The translations under genes were made by a program, and so were the position numbers. From contig CM097883.1 in NCBI GenBank assembly GCA_044892505.1, forward strand, positions 498,084-560,000: a stretch of DNA of 61,917 bases. The letters run 5' to 3'. Shown one piece after another: positions 51,221-61,917 of the stretch. Source of the stretch: Schmidtea nova (taxonomy: Eukaryota). Below the pieces are notes generated by a model. The model was not told where the DNA came from. It did no database searches and worked only from the letters and a program-made list of their open reading frames with translations. Position 1 is the first letter of the stretch. Each line of letters opens with the position of its first letter.

Positions 51221-54200
51221 CTTTCCTTCTAAATATTTAGTAAGTAATTAATTTAATTAGATCTGCCCCCTATTTTATAATCAAGAAACATACAGACAAA
51301 CAATCAGACAACCAGAGACTAAATAAAAACAAATAAACAATAAAATAAGAAACAAAATGTGAAGTTAGTATATAAAGTATATGGTTATTTTAATAATAAA
51401 GATAATATTATAAAACAATACTGTTATTATATAAACATACAAACTATTAGTGCCAATTCCTCCAAGCGCAATACATTCTCGCCGTCCAATTTAGTACTTT
51501 TAGAGGTATGAGCATGGCATCTGACTGCGTGACACCGAATTTCTGTACGGTGTCCCATGAATCCACGGCTCAGATACCACGCCAGTTCAACGTTAAGGCA
51601 CCGAACTCTACCGTATCTGCCTCCTGCTCTAGGACCTACGTGTCTCAACCTCATCATATACCATGGACTTTGTAGTATTCCGTTCTCTCAGATCTGACTT
51701 GTCACTAACAATTTGTACATCCACGACCATAGCACGGCGGTCTTTGATAATTACTAAATCCGGTTTGAGTATAGTCTCTTTATACGGTTTAACCGGTTCC
51801 ACAAGGGTCTTCCAACCCTTCTTCCTCGCGATGTCAGCTGTAAAAAGCATCACTTTATTGTTCCACTCGCATCCCATGCGTAGCAGTGCACTTTTGTGAT
51901 ATGTGGCTAAGACTGCAGGGAAACCCACAGCCCGCCTTACATTAAGATGATGATGTGGTGGAATCGCCATTCATACGACTGAGTCGCGTCGGGGTACTAA
52001 AGATGTTTCCACGAATTTTGACGCTGTTAACGAAGGATCTACCTGTACAAAACTTTGTCCTGGCTTTCATCCAGTTATGAACCTCTTCGCTTCCACACAG
52101 ACCCTTCCCATCCAGCTTTGTATACAGCAAGTCTCGCATAGACTCGTAATAGGTTTGTTTATCGCACGCCAGGGAGTCACAGGCTTACTCCATTTGGCTA
52201 ACAAGTTTCTGACGACATCCTGCTCCACTAATCCCCGAATCCTTCCATCACTGCTATCGGCAAGCCTCTTCAATCTAGTTATCTTCGCAAATTTCCCCTC
52301 AGCCAAGAGAGTAGGTACCCCCATTCCTCCATCTTTAACTTTGGAGTGAATGTATGAAAAGCACGTATCTTTTGGTAGATGTAGCCATTTACGAACTAGC
52401 ATCTGAGTTATCTTGTCCAGTTCACAAAGCTCCAAGTCATCAGTTTCGCCTAAAATTGCTTCGTGCAAAACGCCCGGTATAAGGAAGTTAGTTAAGACTT
52501 CCAGTTTTTGTTGTGGTTTAATCGGGGAGATAGTAATATTGTTAATGCGTTCTGTATATATTTTAGTTAAGTTATTTTTCATTTTACCCAGCGGACCAAA
52601 ATAAATGCCTAAATATTTATAAAAATCATTTGATAATAAAATGGGAAATTCCTCTTCACCATCGGCCACTCGCTCCGAAGTTATTATCCAACTGTCACTC
52701 TTCCCGTCTCTTTTGGCTACAATGGACGCACACTTTGCAGCATTCACTGAAAGACCATTTTCACCAAGTTCTCGAAGAACAGAATAAAGAATGTCTTGGA
52801 GTCCTTCTTTGGTCTCAGCTAGAAGGATAATATCATCAGCGTAGGCCATAATGGGATAGTTATATCCATTCATCTTATATCCGAGTTGGGTTTTGTAGGC
52901 TTTCTCAATCGCCAACTCAATAATATAATTAAAAAGTTCGGGTGAGAGCGGATCCCCTTGCTTCACACCTCTTTTGAACGTAGCTGGCGTTCCATCTACA
53001 ATAGTCTCGGCGTCAGTATAGCTATTTTCTATATAATCTAATAGTAGTTTGGGGTAATGGGCTATTTTTGCCGCTCTTAAAATACTTTCATGATTGACAG
53101 AATCAAAAGCTTTCTTCATATCAATGAAAGCCAGGGCAATATTCTTTTTATTTTTACGTGCATCAGAGAGAATAGAGTCTAGTAAAATAGTATTCTCTAG
53201 ACATCCATCGATGGGCTTAAACCCTTTTTGGGCCTAAAAACTTTTATCATAGTTTAGGGTTCGCTGTGCGAGAATTTTATTTAAAACTCTAGTTATAACT
53301 GAATTTATTGAAATAGGCCGATAATCACTTGGACTTTTTGGATTATCGGTCTTTGGTATTAGCGTTGTTCTGGAGCTTTTTAGAACCGGAGGAAGATAAC
53401 CTAGATAAATTACCAAATTAAATAACTTTACCAATACAGACGCCGGGATCGTCCTTAGTGTTGCAGTAGTAATGCCATCAGGACCACAGGCAGTCTTCAG
53501 GTCTATTTCCTTAACTGAATTCAGAACCTCTGAATCGGTTATAGGTAAGACCATATTACTCTCCTCAGTTACTGTCTCTACACCTCTTGTATCAGCCTCC
53601 GATTCCCTTTCGAAGACACCCCGCCAATACTCACCCAGACCCGTAACTGATTCGATACCACTCACCAAAGAATCGACCTTCCCCCCGAGTATCACTTTGG
53701 CTGCCTCACTTCTGTCTTTTTTGAATAGTATTTGGAGAGCTCCATATGTTTTTCTTCGGAACTCTTTCTTCAGATGCTTCTTCGCATCCTTGGACGGCTT
53801 GACTAGTGGGCTAACCTTACTACGGGGCGGCCTTCCTTTGGGACGATGGCTAAAGGTTATATCATTACAATATATCTCTAGACATCTTCTTTTTTCATCA
53901 GACGCAGAAGGACCGTGGATAATATAGTCCAGGTCGCGCTCTTGCCAATCATCAATACCTTTATTTTATTTATCTTAGCGGCATCGTGTTTATCACAATG
54001 TTTGTTACTGGTGTGTACCCCCTTCCCAATTTTAGTCGGAAAAATCGCTTCACAAAAATCACAGTCGGCGGCTTCCTCTCTCTTCGTTATTGATTTTTTA
54101 TTAAGTTTCATTTTTCATGGATTTGTTTTTAAGGGAGTGTTTTACAGTAGGACACCATTCCTTGGTAATGTCTCACCGTCCTAAAATTAACCTACATAGA

Positions 54201-55224
54201 TACCTTACCTAGTTCTTTAGTGGTGGTGGTCGTATACGATCTTATTCTTAAACATTATTATTATTTTCCTAGCATGAAAGCCCACAAACAACCAGTAGTT
54301 TGTTACTAGTGTGTACCCCCTTCCCAATTTTAGTCGGAAAAATCGCTTCACAAAAATCACAAGCGAAAGTGTCGGCGGCTTCCTCTCTCTTCGTTATTGA
54401 TTTTTTATTAAGTTTCATTTTTCATGGATTTGTTTTTAAGGGAGTGTTTTACAGTAGGACACCATTCCTTGGTAATGTCTCACCGTCCTAAAATTAACCT
54501 ACATAGATACCTTACCTAGTTCTTTAGTGGTGGTGGTCGTATACGATCTTATTCTTAAACATTATTATTATTTTCCTAGCATGAAAGCCCACAAACAACC
54601 AGTAGTTTGTTACTGGTGTGTACCCCCTTCCCAATTTTAGTCGGAAAAATCGCTTCACAAAAATCACAAGCGAAAGTGTCGGCGGCTTCCTCTCCCTTTG
54701 TTATTGATTTTTTATTAGGTTTCATTTTTCATAGATTTGTTTTTAAGGGAGTGTTTTACAGTAGGACACCATTCCTTGGTAATGTCTCAGCGTCCTAAAA
54801 TTAACCTACATAGATACCTTACCTAGTTCTTTAGTGGTGGTGGTCGTAAGTAGGGGAAAGTGAGCGCACGGAGCCACTTTTTTCAACTAGCAACGGTAGG
54901 TGAAACATACTGCTGATTACTGAACAGGGCCCGGATGTATGCAGATCTTGTCGTCGACACTTGCTTGTCGGAACTGTATACGGTGATGTCAATTCTCACT
55001 ACCAAAGGAATTGTTTTAAGTGGCCTAGCTGCTTAATAAACTCGTCTTGCAAAGGTCTGGTAATTTTTCTAAGTGTTTGTCAGTTGGTGGGCGAAACATA
55101 CCACTGATTGCCAATTGATCTTAGGTCTGCGGTAGAAGACTTGGAGTGCTTCGGTGCTTTGACAATTCGGTGCCGCATTATTCTCATTAAGGGCTATCGA
55201 GTACCATGTGTTCGTCACGGGTCA
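51221..55224 (-). mobile_element. R2-type element, duplicate copy
   Basis: Near-identical ORFs; three 307-bp 5' units. Confidence 0.9.
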
Positions 55225-55934
55225 ATATATATTCATATAGTCAGATGTTGCTAAAGTTAACACATACACATCAATATATAGTCCTGGGGAAGATATAGTT
55301 AAGGTAAACACACAGATCAATATATAGTCCCGGGGTAAATACACACATTAAAGTATAGTCTCCCTGTAACTATTGCTAAGGTAACCACACATGTTAATAT
55401 TTAAGTCCTGAAGTAACTATTGCTAAGATAAACACACCATTGTGTAAACCCCATGACTACTGTTGGTAACGTCAAAATACACAACATATTAATTATTATC
55501 CGTACCACAAACGAAAACATGTTCTTTACTTAATTAAATGAAATTTTTGTTTGAATGTACTGGCTAACATTTTGAGTAATTGTTTTTTAACTGATAACTT
55601 TAGAAAATCGAATGTGGCAACTATGAAAACAGATGAAATTAATTCGAGAATTGTGACAATAGTCAAAATTTTAAAGACGATTCAACAGAGTGCAACTGCA
55701 AGAACAGATGAAATTTATTAATATTTGTAAACAAAAACAATTATTTTTACAATAAATAAAAACGAATTACACAAATCCTTAAAATATTACACTAATCAGG
55801 TGAAAACCCTGAACGATAAAACCGATTCAAATCTGGACAACACATAAAATTTTTAAAAACAATTAAACATAACAGTCTAAAGAAATATAAAACTAAATAT
55901 AATGAAACCAATTATTTTTTAACAAGGTTTTATT

Positions 55935-58900
55935 CAATACAAATCTGAATTGGATATATAATTTGAATTCAGAGAGCTGGATCTGAAACTGGAACACCAA
56001 CCTCATCTTTTGATTGGTCTATAAATGAGCCACATCCCTTATAATGTCCATATGCAAGACTTTCATTTTTATCAACCTAAAGTCTTTTATCATCAAGATT
56101 AGTCAAGGCAATTTTCGAATATTTATTAGTAAAGAGTTGATGATTCTTACTAACTATTCTCGACTGATCAACCGAAACTATTGAATTATTATTATTCTTC
56201 ATCACCTAAAAGACTGTAAAACTTTAGCCTAAGGAATACCCACTCATCATACTTGAATCCTTTATTCTCGTCTTTGAATTTACCAATGACGTAATCTAGG
56301 TTCCTACTGTATAATGGGTGATTCGGATCATAATTAGAAGTGTCAAGTAAGTTATCTCTTATCATGGCCGGTAAAAGACTATAAAGACTATAATTCCCAT
56401 AAAGACTATTATTCAAGAGTTTGTAATAGTTTTTATCTAAAGCCGTAGAAGAAGCTGCCCTAAGTTCAGTGTTCGTATCAATATATTTTTTAAAAATGGC
56501 TTTCTGTTTGTATTGAACAGCCCGATGAACTCGTGTTATTTTAACACCCAAAGAAACAAAAAGCTTGAGAAGTCTCCAATGAACAACATAGTTGAACTTT
56601 GGATAATGCGTAAGCAATAACTTCAACTTTTGAACCGGGAGCACACATTTTCTCTGCTGCAACCGGAAAATCATTTAATTTATCGTGAATTTCTGAAGGG
56701 ATTTCAAGATCCACTTCAAAAGTCACGCCATAAGTCAAAATAGCCAAGTCAGCATTCCTTAATTAAATTAATTAATTAAATTTATTTTGATCTGTGATCC
56801 AACTAAATTCACCATAAGGTAATTTTTGACTTAAAGCCCATCCGTATAAATTATTTATGTCAATATATAAAAGTTCAGTCGTTTCGGAGGATACTACATG
56901 ATGCTTGTTGACAAATGTCAAACCACCACGGATCCCCCCTTCGAAAAAATTATACATCTCCATATCCTGGAGCAACTCAATAGGTTCTTCCAAGGTAAGA
57001 AGTGCAGAAGCCCACGACATACCTGGAATACCCAAGAAATTCAATGGTTCTAACCTATTGTGAGCTATAGATTTAGTCCTAAACTGTTGAAAGAAATCAG
57101 CAAGAAGAAAAACATCCAGTTTAAGGTATACCATCATATAGTCACAAAGAGTTTGACACTGGGATTCCCTCCAAATCACCAATGCCTTGTCATATTCATC
57201 TTGTTTAACACCTTTCCAGATTGGTGGCAACTCATAAGTGTTGTTAAGAATTTCTAAAGATGTTGCAAAATCATAAGGAAAAATACCCTTACAATCAACA
57301 ATAGTCCCGGCGAATTCAGATCTGGTCAAAGGCGAACAAGTAAGAGTCTTAACAGCATCATTTAAGCTAGAATTTACAAACTGACAAGAATCGATGAATT
57401 TAATTGTTAAATCACCGACTCTGGCAGACAAAGTAAGGAATTTGTCACTAGTTGTTGGAATGCAAGAGATTTTTCAAGTTGAAAAATTAGCCAAACCATA
57501 TTTAAGAATATGGTGCAAGTCATAGCCCTTTAAATTATGAAAAATAACGGGTAAAAACTTGTATAAACGACGGGATTGATTTCAAGAATTACAAGCAGCT
57601 CCCAAATATTCACCAGTGTAGTGATCATGGTCTCTGACTGGTTGTACTAAAGTTTTCTTACAAAGATAACAAATTGTAGCAGAATCAAAAGATTGTTGAC
57701 TAGCCGCTGTCATAAAAAGAGGTTTCTTGTAATTAGTTATATAAAAGGGATAAACAATAGTTTCAGAAATATCTCTAATTTCAGTAAGAAAATTAGTCAC
57801 GCAATCAAGACCTAAGAAACTCTTGTAAATCTTTTCTCCAGTAAAGTTATTTACAAGTAAAAGACCAGCAGATATTGGGACATGTCTTTGAAAGTATTTA
57901 TCATCAGTAGGTTGTGTAAACAACAAAGGTGGAGTAATTGTTTTGCCCCAATTACTAAATGTCAAATAAGAATTTTTAGGTAAAGTATATAGAGTTGTGC
58001 CTAAGTGATTTTTAGAACACAACTCTTGATGACAATCAAATGCTTCCTGTTTTCGAAATCCATTTAAGCACCGATGATACCATATACTTTGTACGCGAGC
58101 AACAGAAAGAGATTTATTGTCGTAATTTAAAAGCCTATCAAGATCGGTGACTGCAATATAATGATATGCGTCACCACTTTCCAACAAAATCAAATTGATT
58201 GAAATTCCTCCAACAACTTTTGACCTATGAATTATATCGACACAAGGATGTTTAAAGACTTCAGGATTTGTCAAAGTATCAAGCAAAGCATCCTCATCAT
58301 AAGAAAGAACATTAATAGCAAGTCCGGGGTTTCTAGCCTCAAATTTTGGAATATTACAAAGTCTCATCGGTAAATCAGAACGGTCAAAGTCAAGATCAGA
58401 AAGATTATAATTACTTGTCCTATATCTGTGTCCATCTTCATCATCATATTTCAAAATAGCTAAAATGCTATAAATAAAACATAAATCATCGGAATTTCTT
58501 ACATTTACCGTACAATATTTTAATTGTAAGGATCGAGCGGTTCCACGTCCACTTAATCGACTAATTTGAGCAAATTTAGTTACAACGAAATGGATTTCAT
58601 TAACTTTGTTAATAACCCAATTACTCCCTTTATCGTTAATTAATGCTATTTTTTCATTTAAAAGAGCAATACCCTCATCAAAAAAGGTATCACTCATAGG
58701 TCTCGCATAATTTGAAATGATGAAGGATTGAAATTTTCCATCTTTTTCAAACTCTACGTCAATACAAAATTGAATTTTCACTGAACCCATCTCATTAATA
58801 ACATTATTTAGTTTATTAATTAAAATATCAGGTAAAATTAAAGTTTTCAAAACCAAGTGAGAAACATCCATTTTTACAACAGCGTGTGATTTTCTCAAAT

Positions 58901-59006
58901 CAAATTTAACGTTAGGAAGAAGGGACCCACCATATTGAACATCTATGGTGTTAATGTCATTATTAAAACTTGTGTCAGAGTCGGAAACAATTTTCATATC
59001 GGACAT
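55935..59006 (-). pseudogene. Polinton pPolB (copy 2)
   Basis: Same lesions as copy 1. Confidence 0.93.
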
Positions 59007-61917
59007 TACCTCGTCAACTATATTACTTAATTTTCTAACTTTTGTAGGTAGTGGATTATCGATAAAGATTTTTCTTTAATTATTAATAATACTGTTATCA
59101 CTATTAATATCACTATTATTTATTGTTAAATTAAAAATCGATTTTTTCGAAGATCTAAATTTCCTTAAATGATCCTTATGGTCATCATAAAAGTTCAAAA
59201 AAGTAGAATTTTGGGTGGTCTTACATACGGGACATATAAAAAACGTGACTCCTTTATACGAATATCGGTAATATTTTACCATTAATTCAATACATTTATT
59301 GTCATGAATTGATGATCGGCAAAAATTCGGAAAAAGTTTACCTTAAATATAAAAAAAAATAATTAAAAATATGAACAATAAATGACAAGTATTTTAATAT
59401 TAAAATTAATATCATTATACAATAATTAATATAAATTAATTAATAATTACAATAATAAAAATTTAATTAAATAATTTAAAAATTATGAAAAATAATATTA
59501 ATTAATTTCAATTTTTATTATGTAAAAAAAAAATTATTATTATGTAAAATTTAAATTATTTACAAGTAATTTAAAAATATTAATTTAATATAATAATTTT
59601 CATATAGAATATATTATTTACTATGATAGAAAATAAATTATTTATTAATAATTAATTTACAAAAACTTTAATTACTAGAATATTATTAAAAAATAAAGCA
59701 ATAAGTAATATTATTCAATATAAAAATTAATTTTATATTCAAGTTAATTAATTATTATAAAAAATTAGAATAATTATAATTAAAACTAGAATTGTTTTAA
59801 TAATTAGTTATAAAATTCAAATTCAAAAATTGTAAATAATTTTCAAAAATTAGTAAACACTACAAAATTAATTAAATAATTAATAATTTAAATAATTTTT
59901 TTTAAATTTGTTTAAATGTTCATATTATTATTAATATATTGTATTAAGCGCGTGCAAGACAAAGGATCGGCTAATGAAGTTATCTATGAAAAAGAACTAG
60001 AGCAATTAATTGGAATTTTATTCTTGTCTCTGGAGTTTTATTTGCTTTTTAATCTCTTGAAGTATTTTTGTTCAAACCATCTGAAGATTGGTTTGATTGC
60101 TAAGCCAGAATTATATAGCTGTGTTCATCGCAGCCGTTGGACTTGTTGACAGCTTTCTGCCGTAATCATATGTGGCTATGATTGGATGGTTTCATATTGA
60201 GTTCTAGGAAGTTTGCTCTGGTTTTATTAAAAATTTATATTCTGTATCCTGGAGGTCTTTTGGCATCTTAAATTCAGTATATTTGTTCGTAGGTAGTCTA
60301 ATTATATATCTTTGCACACAGCTCCTTTTCTGATCATCAGTGGAGGTTTTTTAAGATATCTTTATTGTCAGATGGGAAGAGAATAACTGGATTGGATTGA
60401 GTTTCACACTTGATTGAGCATCCGACTTTGCTTCCGTTTGTCTATGAAATCATTTATATATTGAATGACATATACACCGCAGTAATAAACGGCTTTCACG
60501 CGACGTAAAAAAAAAAAATTAAGTTTTATTTAATAACACAAATCGGAGAGAATTAAGGCTAAAAGAGGAGCATGCTCACTCTTGGAATGTTTTTGGTTTT
60601 TAACACTTTTGATATTATTAGCTACCGGACATATGCTCGCGGTAGATGTGATAGCTTGCGACAACTGCACTGATGGCGCATTTTCTTGCAAGGGCCTTTA
60701 TTTCGGTTTTTGTAAGGCCCAACAAAAATTATTTTTTTCATTTTTTCAAATTCGTTTTTTAAATTAAAATTATCTGATTGATTTCCATTGATATTATCGG
60801 ATGTCTCATTAAAATTTTTTAAATTATTATTGATATTTTCGGTAATTATATTTTTATTAAAAATATTTTTATTTAAAATATTTTCTCCATTTTTATTATT
60901 TTCTCCATTTTTATGCTTAGCCACTATTTCAACTGTTCTTTCTTTATCAATAGTGGTATTATTCTGTTCATGATTTTTGCTAGAGTCTTCATGCTTTATT
61001 GTATCTTCAATATTCTCTGTTTTTTCAGTAATATTTTTGGTAATTTTTAAATTGCCAAATTTTTTAATAAAATTAAAATTTTTGAATTTAAAATTATCTT
61101 CAAAAATTATATTTCTTTTTATCTCATTATTTTCTTCATTTAGTATGAGATTAAATTCTTCAGAAATTTTAAACTGATGAATTGAGTCCATTGTTGCTTC
61201 ATTGTCAGCATTTTCTTCAATATTCCTTGATATTATTAGGTTCCCATTTTTTAAAATAAAAATTTATTTTTAAAATTTTTATTATTTTTTGGTTTTTTTA
61301 TAATAAAATTGATATTATTATGAATTTTTTGAAATTTTTTCATAATTTCAAATAAATTTTTATTTAAAAATTTAAAATAAAATTTATTTTCATGGTTTTT
61401 ATATTTTTTAAATTTTTCCGCATTCTGATTTCTAAAATTTTTCCGTTTTCGTTGAATATAATTTATATTATGATTTTGATTTTTCTTTGATTTATAATTA
61501 TTCCTATAATTAGGATTATAATTATTTCCTTTGTAATTTGAATTTCCTGGTTGACCACCATTCCTCGATATTTCTTTTTTATTTGGGCTTGTTTGTTTTT
61601 CTGAATAAGTATTTTCCGATTGGAATTTTTCTTCATTTATTTTAGTGATTTCCTTTCTGATTGAATTATCTTTCTTTATCAGAATGTTTTTGGTGATGAA
61701 TTTGTATGATTTATTAATAATCTTGAGAATTAAGTCACTTCCTTTTTTATTTAATTCTTCATCGCTGATTGCCGCATCTTTTAGTACTTTCGATATGTAG
61801 TTTGAGGTGTTTAGATCATATCTCTTGATGCGCTTGGCAATCTCCTTCCAAAACATAGTCATTTCGTAGATGTTGATTCTGACTACTCCGTATTTCAGGT
61901 AATCATTGATGGCAATG

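Larger units (their letters stand above)
50160..61917 (+). repeat. Segmental duplicate of about 24450-39450 with a ~3.4 kb deletion (junction 55222-55224)
   Basis: Offsets 25711 then 22465; TCA microhomology at the junction. Confidence 0.93.

Overview
A very AT-rich animal (invertebrate) window made almost entirely of broken, nested and re-duplicated mobile-element sequence; I see no intact host gene. Components: (i) a fragmented Polinton/Maverick (adintovirus-like) element with packaging ATPase, pX-like core protein, chromodomain integrase, minor and major capsid, adenain protease, two copies of protein-primed PolB, an unexpected TATA-binding-protein-like gene, and 39-44 nt spliceosomal introns; (ii) several RLE non-LTR retrotransposons (two NeSL/Utopia-like families, a Ulp1-protease-bearing ORF, R2-type copies); (iii) decayed 28S rDNA pieces that keep insertion junctions at the canonical R2 site and at two other sites in antisense orientation; (iv) an intronless truncated FKBP6/shutdown-like fragment; (v) a non-autonomous Helitron whose empty site is visible in a paralog; (vi) two histone-type 3' stem-loops behind ORFs with no visible histone fold; (vii) minisatellites, three N gaps and large segmental duplications (about 50.2-61.9 kb copies about 24.4-39.5 kb). 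Most retroelement pieces lie on the minus strand, as in a piRNA-cluster-like TE graveyard. All family calls come from motif recognition by eye; no database search was run.
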